Below are positions 21,029-30,248 of a DNA stretch of 64,000 nucleotides, piece by piece. The first letter of the stretch is position 1; every line of letters starts with the position of its first letter. This DNA comes from Trueperaceae bacterium (GTDB taxonomy: Bacteria; Deinococcota; Deinococci; Deinococcales; Trueperaceae). The DNA lies in assembly GCA_965213925.1 (NCBI GenBank), contig OZ243927.1, positions 3,328,001 through 3,392,000 of the forward strand. The letters are read 5' to 3'. The translations under genes were made by a program, and so were the position numbers. Below the pieces are notes generated by a model that worked only from the letters and a program-made list of their open reading frames with translations, had not been told where the DNA came from and did not search any database.

Positions 21029-22213
21029 ATGCGTACCATCGACCAGACCGTGAACGTCACCTTTCGCTATCCCGTCCTTTTCACCGAAGGTCTCTTCTCC
21101 CCGGACAACCCGCTTTTGGCCCGCACGCTCGCCCCCGAAGGGGTCAAGCGCGTGCTCTTTGTGGTGGACGAAGGCGTCGCTGAGTATCACCCCAAGCTCG
21201 TGGGCGACATCGAGCGCTACTGTGAAGTGTGGGCGGGGCTCGAGCCCGCCACCTCGCCCCTCGTCGTTCAGGGCGGCGAAGCCACCAAGAACAACCCTGC
21301 CAACGTCGAAGCTGTGCAGCGCGCGATTCATGAACACGGCGTAGACCGTCACGCTTACGTCGTCGCCGTCGGCGGCGGCGCGGTGATCGACATGGTAGGC
21401 TACGCCGCCGCGACCTCGCACCGGGGCGTGCGCCTCGTGCGCGTGCCGACCACCGTGCTCTCGCAAAACGACTCGGCGGTGGGCGTCAAGAACAGCGTGA
21501 ACGCTTTTGGCAAGAAGAACTTCTTAGGCACGTTCGCGCCACCTTTTGCTGTACTCAACGATCCGAACTTTTTAGCGACCCTGCAGCAGCGCGACTGGTT
21601 GGGCGGCGTCTCCGAGGCGGTTAAAGTCGCGCTCCTCAAAGACGCGCGCTTTTTTAAGTTTTTAGAGCAGAACGCCGAGGTGCTCGTCAGCCGTGACCTC
21701 AGAATGATGAACTACGCTGTCTACCGCTGCGCCGAGTTGCACCTGCACCACATCGCGACCTCCGGCGACCCCTTCGAGTTCGGCTCGTCGCGCCCCCTGG
21801 ACTTCGGGCACTGGGCGGCGCACAAGTTAGAAGCGATGACGGGCTATTCGCTCAGGCACGGCGAAGCGGTCGCTATAGGCATCGCTTTAGACTCGACCTA
21901 CGCCTACCTCAAAGGGATGCTCTCTAAGACGAGTTGGCAGCGCATCCTCACGCTCCTCGAGCGGCTCGACCTCGCCGTCTACACGCCCGAACTCGGCGAT
22001 ACCGCCAGCATCTTGGGCGGCTTAGACGAGTTTCGCGAGCATCTGGGCGGACGCCTCACCATCATGCTCTTAGAAGGCGTGGGTCAGGGTGCAGAAGTTC
22101 ACGAGATGGAGCCGCAAATTATCGTACAAAGTATTGACCTCTTGCGCCGTGCGCAGAGTCCTCGAGCAGCCCAGAAAGGAACCCCGTGGAAACAGCCGAC
22201 ACTTGCCCCCTGA
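21029..22213 (+). CDS. eboD: 3-dehydroquinate synthase-like sugar phosphate cyclase (EboD-type)
   Basis: [55 protein letters not shown]; ebo context. Confidence 0.82.
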   Translation: MRTIDQTVNVTFRYPVLFTEGLFSPDNPLLARTLAPEGVKRVLFVVDEGVAEYHPKLVGDIERYCEVWAGLEPATSPLVVQGGEATKNNPANVEAVQRAIHEHGVDRHAYVVAVGGGAVIDMVGYAAATSHRGVRLVRVPTTVLSQNDSAVGVKNSVNAFGKKNFLGTFAPPFAVLNDPNFLATLQQRDWLGGVSEAVKVALLKDARFFKFLEQNAEVLVSRDLRMMNYAVYRCAELHLHHIATSGDPFEFGSSRPLDFGHWAAHKLEAMTGYSLRHGEAVAIGIALDSTYAYLKGMLSKTSWQRILTLLERLDLAVYTPELGDTASILGGLDEFREHLGGRLTIMLLEGVGQGAEVHEMEPQIIVQSIDLLRRAQSPRAAQKGTPWKQPTLAP

Positions 22214-22536
22214 GCCAACAGCGGCTCATTGACGAGTTCTTCATCGAGCACCGCACCAAAATTTTAGACATCGCGGGCTTTTTAGACCGCCTCGACCGCA
22301 GCGTAGACAAAAACGGCGAGGACGACTTTCGGCTCCGCGCCTTCCGTAGCGCGCTCAGCATCCTCTCCGAAGGCGACGCGGGACGCGCCGAGCGGGTGCA
22401 GCTGGCGCTCAGCGACCTCGACACGGAACTCCTAGAGGAACGCGACCAGCAAGCGGCGTTCGGAGCCTCCAAAAGGGAATCCAAAGGAGAACGAGGGGAA
22501 CAAGAAGAACAAGGAGTGCACCGTGAAATATATTGA
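22186..22536 (+). CDS. Small conserved hypothetical protein within the ebo cluster
   Basis: [20 protein letters not shown] motif; overlaps both neighbours. Confidence 0.7.
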   Translation: METADTCPLSQQRLIDEFFIEHRTKILDIAGFLDRLDRSVDKNGEDDFRLRAFRSALSILSEGDAGRAERVQLALSDLDTELLEERDQQAAFGASKRESKGERGEQEEQGVHREIY

Positions 22537-23380
22537 CCTGCACGCTCATATGGTTTCGCGCACCACCGACGACTATCAGAGGATGGCGATGACGGGCTGC
22601 GTCGCGTTGAGCGAGCCCGCATTCTGGGCGGGCTATGACCGCCGCAGCGCGGACGTGTTCGCGGACTACTTCGAGCATTTGACCGTGTTCGAGCCGAGTC
22701 GCGCCGCGCAGTACGGCATTCAGCACTACACCTGGCTCTGCTTGAACCCGAAAGAGGGCGAAGATAGGGAGCTGACCAAAGAGGTCTTAGAGATCATCCC
22801 CGAGTTTTTGGACTGCCCGAACGTGCTGGGCATCGGCGAAATCGGTCTCAACCGCGTGACGCGCAACGAACTCGCTTCGTTCAAAGACCACGTCGAACTC
22901 GCCTTGGAGCACGACCAGCTCATCCACATCCACACGCCGCACCTAGAGGATAAGTACAAAGGCACGAAGGTCATCGTCGAGACTTTGGCGGCGGATTCGC
23001 GCATTACGCCGGGACGCGTGATGGTGGACCACGCCGAAGAGCACACGCTCGGCATGATATTAGACAACGGCTTCTGGACGGGCATGACGCTCTATCCTAA
23101 GACGAAATCCTCACCAGGACGAGCCATCGACATGCTCGAGATGCACGGCTCCGAGCGCCTTTGTGTCGCGTCCGCCTGCGACTGGGGCGAGAGCGACCCC
23201 CTCGCGGTGCCGCAGTTCGTCTTGGAGATGCGCCGCCGAGGACATAGCGAAGCGCTTATTGACAAGGTCGTCATGGAGAACCCCGCGTCGTTCTTAGGAC
23301 AGTCGCCTAAGTTCAAGCTGACGAACCCCGATAGCATTATGAAAGAGGAAACCCCGCTCGTCACCCATGCACCTGAGTAA
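22523..23380 (+). CDS. eboB: TatD-family metal-dependent hydrolase (EboB-type)
   Basis: [46 protein letters not shown]. Confidence 0.85.
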   Translation: MKYIDLHAHMVSRTTDDYQRMAMTGCVALSEPAFWAGYDRRSADVFADYFEHLTVFEPSRAAQYGIQHYTWLCLNPKEGEDRELTKEVLEIIPEFLDCPNVLGIGEIGLNRVTRNELASFKDHVELALEHDQLIHIHTPHLEDKYKGTKVIVETLAADSRITPGRVMVDHAEEHTLGMILDNGFWTGMTLYPKTKSSPGRAIDMLEMHGSERLCVASACDWGESDPLAVPQFVLEMRRRGHSEALIDKVVMENPASFLGQSPKFKLTNPDSIMKEETPLVTHAPE

Positions 23381-24560
23381 GCAGCATTTCACCTACTGCA
23401 CGAACATTCACCCGAGCCAAGGTTTGCAAGAGGTTACGGCGAGTTTGGAGCGCTACGCCGTCCCTCTCAAGGCAGAATTCGCGCCGAATCAACCCTTCGG
23501 TATCGGGTTGAGGTTGTCGGGGCAGGAGAGCTGCGAAGTGCTGGAAGGGGAGAATTTAGCGCGTTTCAAGACCTTTTTGGACGAGCGCGGGCTCTACGTC
23601 TTCACTATGAACGGCTTTCCTTACGGTCCCTTCCACAGACAAGCCGTTAAAGCGAACGTTCACGCACCCGACTGGCGTGATGAAGAGCGGGTGCGCTATA
23701 CCTTACGGCTCATTCGGATTTTAGAACACCTCTTGCCCAGTGGCGTGACGGGCGGCATCTCGACGAGCCCGCTCTCTTACAAAGCGTGGGTAGGTAGCAG
23801 CAACGCGACGTGGGAAACGCTGACGGATAACATCGTGCGCGTCGCGGAGGAACTCTACTACGTAAAAGCGCGCGGCAAGACGATTCACCTAGACCTCGAG
23901 CCCGAGCCCGACGGACTTTTGGAAAACAGCGAAGAGGTCGTGCGCTTTTATCAGGACTGGCTCTTAGGCTACGGCGCGAAGCGGTTGGCGGCGCGGTTGA
24001 ATATCGCCGAGGAGGACGCTCGAGAGGGTCTCCTGGCGCACATCCAAATCTGCTTCGACACCTGTCACATCGCTCTAGCTTATGAGGAACCTGCAGACGT
24101 GTTGGCGCGGTTCAGCGAGGTCGGCATCAAGGTAGGCAAAGTTCAGATCAGTTCGGCGCTTAAAGTTGACTTGCCCCGAGATGAAGCTGAGCGCGGCGAG
24201 GTGGCAGACGCCCTGCAAGCCTTCGTCGAACCCACCTATCTCCACCAGGTTTTACAACGGAACGACGACGGTTCGCTCACGCAGTACCCCGACCTTTCGG
24301 GTGCACTCCCGCACATTCAAGATGCACAGGCGAAGGAGTGGCGCGTCCATTTTCACGTACCTATTTTTACAGAGCATTTCGGCGAGCTGAGTTCGACGCA
24401 AGAGGGGATTGTGAAGACGCTCGAGCTGCTTAAAAAAGAACCCTTTACCGAGCACTTGGAGATCGAGACCTACACTTGGGAAGTCTTGCCGGAAGAACTC
24501 AAGGTAGATTTATTGGGGTCTATCGGACGCGAGTATAGGTGGGCGCTCAATGTCTGCTAA
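23367..24560 (+). CDS. eboE: EboE, xylose isomerase-like TIM-barrel protein
   Basis: [61 protein letters not shown]. Confidence 0.9.
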   Translation: MHLSKQHFTYCTNIHPSQGLQEVTASLERYAVPLKAEFAPNQPFGIGLRLSGQESCEVLEGENLARFKTFLDERGLYVFTMNGFPYGPFHRQAVKANVHAPDWRDEERVRYTLRLIRILEHLLPSGVTGGISTSPLSYKAWVGSSNATWETLTDNIVRVAEELYYVKARGKTIHLDLEPEPDGLLENSEEVVRFYQDWLLGYGAKRLAARLNIAEEDAREGLLAHIQICFDTCHIALAYEEPADVLARFSEVGIKVGKVQISSALKVDLPRDEAERGEVADALQAFVEPTYLHQVLQRNDDGSLTQYPDLSGALPHIQDAQAKEWRVHFHVPIFTEHFGELSSTQEGIVKTLELLKKEPFTEHLEIETYTWEVLPEELKVDLLGSIGREYRWALNVC

Positions 24561-25431
24561 GCCAGGGTCCTCTAACGCGGCGCAGACGAACTGGGGGACG
24601 CTCAAAGACCACCTGGCTTTAGCGCGCATCTCGAACAGCCCGACGGTCGTGAGCAACGTGCTAGCAGGCGCGGCGCTAGGGGGTGGTCTGAGCCAACCAG
24701 GTACGGTGCTCGTACTTGCGGTGGCGCTCGTCCTTTTTTATACGGCGGGGATGGTTCTCAACGACCTCTTCGACTACGAGCACGACATCGAGATGCAGCC
24801 CGAGCGACCTCTCGCAGCAGGGCGCGTGTCCAAAGACGCCGCGCTCACCGTCACGGTGGCGCTTTTCGGCGTAGGCGGCTTTCTACTCGCTTTCATGGGC
24901 ATGGCGTCGCTGGTGTGCGGCGTCATCCTCGTTGGTTTGATCGTGCTTTACGACGCTTGGCACAAGACGAACCCGCTCAGCCCGCTACTCATGGCGAGCA
25001 CACGAGTAATGGTTTACGTCACTGCGTTTGTAGCTTTTTCTTCGCCAATTTCAGCGTCAATCATCCTCTGGTCTCTTCTACTCGCGCTCTATATCATCGG
25101 CTTAACCTATCTCGCTAAGATGGAGTCACGACCCGGCTTCGCGCGGTACTGGCCTGCGTTGGCGCTCGTCCTTCCCGCAATCTACGCCGCGCTATACGTC
25201 AACACGTGGGGACTGCTCCTCTTGCTGCTCTTCGTCGGCTGGGTGAGCTTTTGCCTCTATCTCGTCTACGTGAGACGCAGCTTTGGCGCGGCGATCGGTT
25301 CACTCATCGCGGGCGTTGCGCTCTTAGACGCGCTCGTTCTTGCGGTGATGGGCTCTGCGGTGGGCGTCGTTTTAGCGCTACTTGCGTTTGGTCTGACGCT
25401 ATTTTTTCAGCGGTACGTCAAGGGAACATGA
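24550..25431 (+). CDS. eboC: UbiA-family prenyltransferase (EboC-type)
   Basis: [16 protein letters not shown]...RPL, YDAWHK, multiple TM helices. Confidence 0.85.
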   Translation: MSAKPGSSNAAQTNWGTLKDHLALARISNSPTVVSNVLAGAALGGGLSQPGTVLVLAVALVLFYTAGMVLNDLFDYEHDIEMQPERPLAAGRVSKDAALTVTVALFGVGGFLLAFMGMASLVCGVILVGLIVLYDAWHKTNPLSPLLMASTRVMVYVTAFVAFSSPISASIILWSLLLALYIIGLTYLAKMESRPGFARYWPALALVLPAIYAALYVNTWGLLLLLLFVGWVSFCLYLVYVRRSFGAAIGSLIAGVALLDALVLAVMGSAVGVVLALLAFGLTLFFQRYVKGT

Positions 25432-25471
25432 AGCGAGGTAATACTCTTAGAAGATTAAATTAGGAAGATAG

Positions 25472-25765
25472 ATGGCGTCTGAAAACCTTCTTCAAAGTTG
25501 GGCTATAACTGCGAATCATCTTATAGATGCGAGAAATAATCTGTCTTCGCCCTCCAACTCTAGTAACGCCGAATTATACGCACACTTCATCGCGGAGTTT
25601 GAGGGTTACCTTGAGCATAATGAGCTTGAACTTGCTCTTGACGCGCTGGAAGAAGCTTCGGATTATACTCAGCCACGACTCAACTTCTGGCAGAATATGA
25701 TTCTTGCCGCAGAAAACATGAAACTTGTTTCTAAGACTGCGCGGTTTCGCGAACGTGTCGAATAA
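25472..25765 (+). CDS. Small AT-richer hypothetical protein, resembling polymorphic-toxin immunity proteins
   Basis: YLEHNELELALDAL...FW...AAENM helical pattern; visibly lower GC than the flanking genes. Confidence 0.55.
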   Translation: MASENLLQSWAITANHLIDARNNLSSPSNSSNAELYAHFIAEFEGYLEHNELELALDALEEASDYTQPRLNFWQNMILAAENMKLVSKTARFRERVE

Positions 25766-25827
25766 AGAAACTTGCAGAGTTCACCGCTTAATTTGTTCAC
25801 TACCCTCGAGATAGGAGCCGCTAACCC

Positions 25828-27231
25828 ATGAACCGAACCGCCGTCATCAACGTCGTCGGGCTCACGCCCGAACTCATCGGCGAGCACACGCCTAAACTCA
25901 AAGCTTTCGTGGAGCGCGGCTCGCTCGCGCACGTCAAAGAGGCGCTGCCCGCTGTAACCTGCACGGCTCTAGCAACGTATACAACTGGGAAGACACCTCG
26001 TGACCACGGCGTCGTCGGTAACGGCTGGTACGCCCGCGACGCCTGCGAGGTCAAGTTCTGGCACCGCTCGGACGGCATGGTGCAAGCGCCGAAGCTGTGG
26101 GAGGTCGCCAAACAGCGAGACCCGAGTTTCACCTGCGCGAACCTCTTCTGGCGCTACGCGACCTACTCGTCAGCGGACTACACCGTGATCGAGCGTCCTA
26201 TGTATCCCGCTGACGGCCGCAAAATCCCCGATATTTACACCTGGCCGCACGCGCTTCGCCCCGCTTTGCAGAGCGACTTAGGTCAGTTTCCCCTGTTCAA
26301 CTTTTGGGGACCGAACTCGGCGGTGGTCTCGAGCCAGTGGATCGCCGACGCCGCTAAATGGATCGAGGAGCGCCACAGCCCGACCCTCTCCCTCGTCTAT
26401 CTGCCCCACCTCGACTACGGCTTGCAGCGACACGGTCCCGACTTAGCGAAAGTCTCACAGGACTTGCGCGAGATCGACGACGTGACGGGCGACCTCATCG
26501 AATTTTTCGAAGCGAAGGGCGTTCAGGTCGTTCTCGTGTCCGAATACGGCATCGACCACGCCGACAAGCCCATTCACCTCAACCGAATTTTCCGCGAGAA
26601 GGGCCTCATTCACGTGCGCGAGGAGTTGGGCTTAGAGCACCTGAACTACGGAATGAGCCCCGCCTTCGCTGTTGCCGACCATCAGATCGCGCACGTGTAC
26701 GTGCAAGATAGAAGTCGCATGGACGAGGTGCGCGGGATTTTAGAGTCCACGGACGGGGTGGCAGAAGTTTTGGACGACGCGGGCAAAAGGCGCTACAACC
26801 TGGATCATCCGCGCTCCGGCGATTTCGTTGTGCTAGCCGAGCGGGGTGCTTGGTTCACCTATTACTACTGGTTAGACGACGCCAAAGCGCCCGACTTTGC
26901 CCGCACCGTTGCGATTCACGACAAACCTGGCTACGATCCGGCGGAACTCTTCGTCAATCCAGCGTTCAAAAGCCCCAAGCTCAAAGTGGGCGGCGTGCTG
27001 CTCAAGAAGAAGCTGGGTTTTCGTTACATGATGGACGTGATCGGACTGGACGCGACGCTCGTGAAAGGCTCACACGGCTTGCGGAGCGAAACGCCCGCGA
27101 AAAGGCCTCTCTTCGTGACGCAGCAGAAGTTGGAGCAGACCTCTTTCGAGGCGGCAGACGTGTTTGGGCTCATTTTGCAGCATCTTGGCGTGGAACCAGA
27201 AGAGACAGAAGTAAACGCGCCGACTTTATAG
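25828..27231 (+). CDS. eboF: Alkaline phosphatase / nucleotide pyrophosphatase family protein (EboF-type)
   Basis: VINVVGL, PAVTC, HGVVGNGWY, YLPHLDY, SEYG, DHQIAHVY, KPGYDP, VKGSHG. Confidence 0.88.
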   Translation: MNRTAVINVVGLTPELIGEHTPKLKAFVERGSLAHVKEALPAVTCTALATYTTGKTPRDHGVVGNGWYARDACEVKFWHRSDGMVQAPKLWEVAKQRDPSFTCANLFWRYATYSSADYTVIERPMYPADGRKIPDIYTWPHALRPALQSDLGQFPLFNFWGPNSAVVSSQWIADAAKWIEERHSPTLSLVYLPHLDYGLQRHGPDLAKVSQDLREIDDVTGDLIEFFEAKGVQVVLVSEYGIDHADKPIHLNRIFREKGLIHVREELGLEHLNYGMSPAFAVADHQIAHVYVQDRSRMDEVRGILESTDGVAEVLDDAGKRRYNLDHPRSGDFVVLAERGAWFTYYYWLDDAKAPDFARTVAIHDKPGYDPAELFVNPAFKSPKLKVGGVLLKKKLGFRYMMDVIGLDATLVKGSHGLRSETPAKRPLFVTQQKLEQTSFEAADVFGLILQHLGVEPEETEVNAPTL

Positions 27232-27277
27232 GCGCGTTCACGAACTTGACCGTGTTGACGTGACAGACTAAGGGGTC

Positions 27278-27997
27278 TTGAAATCCTCTCCGGCTATCTT
27301 CACCCAACCGCTAAGGCTCGAGGACGGCATCTACCGCGCCTTGGAGACGCGCCCGAGCGTCCCCCTCGCCCAAGCGAGCAACTTCTTGCCGCTCACCGCG
27401 GCGCTCTACGAACCGCTCTGGCGCAAGCGCTCGCTCTCCATCATCACAGGTGGCGACTTCGACGTGACGCGCGAGCTTGAGCTGATGCTCAAGTGGCTGG
27501 ACCCGCAACCCGGTCAGATCGCGCTAGACGCGGCGTGTTCGGCGGGGCTCTACGCGCGCACGCTGCTCCATCACGAGAGCGAGCTAGAGGTCCACGCGGT
27601 GGACTTTAGCGTACCGTTTCTGGAGAAGGCGAAGGAATACGCGGACAAGGAAGGGGTCACTATGACGCTCGTCCACGCCGACGTGCTGAAGCTGCCGTAT
27701 GAGGACTCGAGCTTCGACACGGTCGTTTGCGGCGCGTCGCTCAATGAGTTCGTCAACCTCCCCCGAGCCATATCCGAGTTCAGCCGCGTGCTCAAGCCGG
27801 GCGGACTGATGTGGCAGATGTACGTGTCCAAAGCCGAAGCCTGGTACGGGCGACTCTTCCAGAGCTTCTTCAGGCTTTCGGGGGTTCGCTTTATCGACCC
27901 CGCTCTCTTAGAGGATGAAGCTAAAAAGGTCGGGCTGAGGCTGCGAAAGGCGCAGCACCGAAAACGGATTACGCTGGCACTCTTCGAGAAGCTTTAG
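27278..27997 (+). CDS. Class I SAM-dependent methyltransferase
   Basis: LDAACSAG motif I, VDFS, LPYEDSSFD, RVLKPGG; start codon uncertain. Confidence 0.82.
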   Translation: MKSSPAIFTQPLRLEDGIYRALETRPSVPLAQASNFLPLTAALYEPLWRKRSLSIITGGDFDVTRELELMLKWLDPQPGQIALDAACSAGLYARTLLHHESELEVHAVDFSVPFLEKAKEYADKEGVTMTLVHADVLKLPYEDSSFDTVVCGASLNEFVNLPRAISEFSRVLKPGGLMWQMYVSKAEAWYGRLFQSFFRLSGVRFIDPALLEDEAKKVGLRLRKAQHRKRITLALFEKL

Positions 27998-28965
27998 GGT
28001 TTTACCTGTAGCGCCTCGAGCTTAGCTTGTTCTCGAGCATTTCGCCGCTGTAACCGCTCGACGTGCGACTCTACGCCCGTTAATCCTTGCGCGTCTACCT
28101 CTTCGGGCGGCTCGCTGTCAAAATCCGTGATAACTCTTATTTTCTCAGCCTGCCCCTGGTAGCGAATGTCGTCGACGAGCGTGCGCGTTTCAGCGGGAGC
28201 AATGTCGCCGTCCCAACCTTGACTGAGGTCAAGAAAGGTCCAGTTCAGCGGAAGATCATCGGCGTCTAGCAGGATAGTGGTTGCGTCGGTGACGTATCCT
28301 ATCTGGCTGCCCTCGTTCTCAACGTTCACGGACAATTCCTGGTTCATGCTCACGGCGTAGCGCTGCGGAATCACGCGAATGTCAGGAGCGGCTGGCGGGC
28401 TGGAACTGACCTCTATTCCACCAATCTCGACGGCGTCCAGGTCGCTATAGATGGGTGCGTTATCATCGAGCTGAATTCCTAGAATGTAGCCCGTTTCTGC
28501 AGGCGCAAGGCAGGTGCTGGTGTAGATAGAAGATGGGAGCGCGCCAACGCTGCCGTCCACGAACTGACTATCCTCCGCAGAGAGAACGCCACCGTCGCTA
28601 TCTCGGAAGGTGATATCAACTACTTTGACGAAGCAGCGCGTCTCGTCACCAACGTTGGTGAGGGGCAAAATCCAGAAGACCGAATCGGTCTCGAGCCTCG
28701 GTCTCGAGGCGTAAAACGTCCCTAACTCGAAGTCTGCGCTGGGCGACATCAAGGTGACGTCCACCTCTTTACGCAGCGCCTGAACGTCCGCTTCGTCACT
28801 GCCGAGCGCCGCGCCCGAAAGCGTGGCGGCGTTGTTGCCCGCAATGTCGGGTTGTTCGGTAGGTGAGTCGGTATCAGGACCACTCTCCACGCTGCAAGCT
28901 ATAAGAAATAAGAGGGCGAAAACGATCGGCGTCCATCTAGATAATACCCGTTTGGATAGCATCAT
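27994..28965 (-). CDS. Hypothetical lipoprotein
   Basis: LIAC lipobox, AAGGAG RBS, acidic beta-rich mature part. Confidence 0.65.
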   Translation of the reverse strand: MMLSKRVLSRWTPIVFALLFLIACSVESGPDTDSPTEQPDIAGNNAATLSGAALGSDEADVQALRKEVDVTLMSPSADFELGTFYASRPRLETDSVFWILPLTNVGDETRCFVKVVDITFRDSDGGVLSAEDSQFVDGSVGALPSSIYTSTCLAPAETGYILGIQLDDNAPIYSDLDAVEIGGIEVSSSPPAAPDIRVIPQRYAVSMNQELSVNVENEGSQIGYVTDATTILLDADDLPLNWTFLDLSQGWDGDIAPAETRTLVDDIRYQGQAEKIRVITDFDSEPPEEVDAQGLTGVESHVERLQRRNAREQAKLEALQVKP

Positions 28966-29033
28966 AGGGTGCTCCTTTAGAGGTAGAGCGTACCAGAACG
29001 GCTCAGCGCGACTCAAGCGTTTTCTAGTCGGCG

Positions 29034-29951
29034 TTAATGAAGGGTTAAATGGCTCTTGATGTCGCCCTCGACCTTGCGCCGCTTCACCCGGTACATCGCC
29101 CCGTCAGCGACTTGAAGCAGCTCGTCGGTGCTTCGGCCGTCCTGCGGGTAGAGCGCCAGACCCAAACTCGCGTTCATGCGCACCTCTTGACCTTGAATCA
29201 TGAAAGGCAGGTGGAAGGCGTCTAGCAGGGTCTCCGCCACGCGCTTGACACCGCGAACGTCTCTAAGCCCCGTCGCAATAATCGTAAATTCGTCGCCGCC
29301 CATACGGGCTAAGGTGTCGCTTTCGCGGCGGCGTCCTCTTAAACGCTCGGCGATCTGTTGCAGCAGCTCGTCACCGGCGGCGTGTCCTAAGGTGTCGTTG
29401 ACCGCTTTGAAGCCGTTCAGGTCGAGAAAGCAAACCGCGACAATTTCGCCGCTACGCTTCGCCTGGACGACGGCCTGCTCTAAGCGGTCGATGAAGAGTG
29501 AGCGATTGGGCAAGCCTGTCAGCACATCGTGTTGCGCCAGGTGGAGGAGCTGCGCCTGCTTCTCGAGCAACGCTTTCTTCTGTTTATGAAGTTGCACGCG
29601 CACGTCGCGCAGATAGCCGACGACGCCGCCGAGGAAAAGAACAGCGACGTGACCTGCGCCGTCCTGATGATAGAGCACAGCGCCCCAACCGCCCGAAGCG
29701 GGGTCTACGAGGTTGAATAAAAGGGTGTTGACAACGAAGCTAAATGCACCCGCAAAGAGGCCGGCATATAATCCCCAGAGCCAAGCGCTGAGCGCGACGG
29801 GCAGGAGCGCCAACGCCCCCATCTGCGCTCCGAACGTGTCGAAGCTGAACATAAATAGGGCGATATAGAAGCCCCAACCCGCAAGCGCGACGAGAAGCTT
29901 GAGGGTGCGCGGCTTAAAGGTACGTCGTAGTAGAGAGAGAGCCTCACGCAT
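29034..29951 (-). CDS. Membrane-anchored diguanylate cyclase
   Basis: N-terminal TM helices; HDVLTGLPNR, DLNGFK, RMGGDEF. Confidence 0.9.
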   Translation of the reverse strand: MREALSLLRRTFKPRTLKLLVALAGWGFYIALFMFSFDTFGAQMGALALLPVALSAWLWGLYAGLFAGAFSFVVNTLLFNLVDPASGGWGAVLYHQDGAGHVAVLFLGGVVGYLRDVRVQLHKQKKALLEKQAQLLHLAQHDVLTGLPNRSLFIDRLEQAVVQAKRSGEIVAVCFLDLNGFKAVNDTLGHAAGDELLQQIAERLRGRRRESDTLARMGGDEFTIIATGLRDVRGVKRVAETLLDAFHLPFMIQGQEVRMNASLGLALYPQDGRSTDELLQVADGAMYRVKRRKVEGDIKSHLTLH

Positions 29952-30248
29952 TAGATTGTCACTCTATAAGTCTACGTCTGACAAGAGTCTGACCGGGGCG
30001 CATCTGCACATCAAGGCGAGGTTCATGAAAAGGATAAACTAGGGGTATGTCGGTATCATGTTATTTATTTACTTTTGGATCAACTCGAGCAAACTTAGTA
30101 AAATGGGTAGCATTTCAGCATTTCAGCAGGTCAGCAGGTCAGGAAAAACTGCTTTACGATATGCGCGTAGGGAGCGTTTCCCTGCACGCATTCCTCGAGA
30201 AACTCGTTTCTTCAGGCAACGGTCGCGCCTCATCCAAACAACCCTTTT

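Noticed and set aside
21029..22213. Housekeeping aroB of the shikimate pathway
   Set aside because: The [14 protein letters not shown] signature and the ebo context indicate the EboD-type paralog; no aroK or aroC is adjacent
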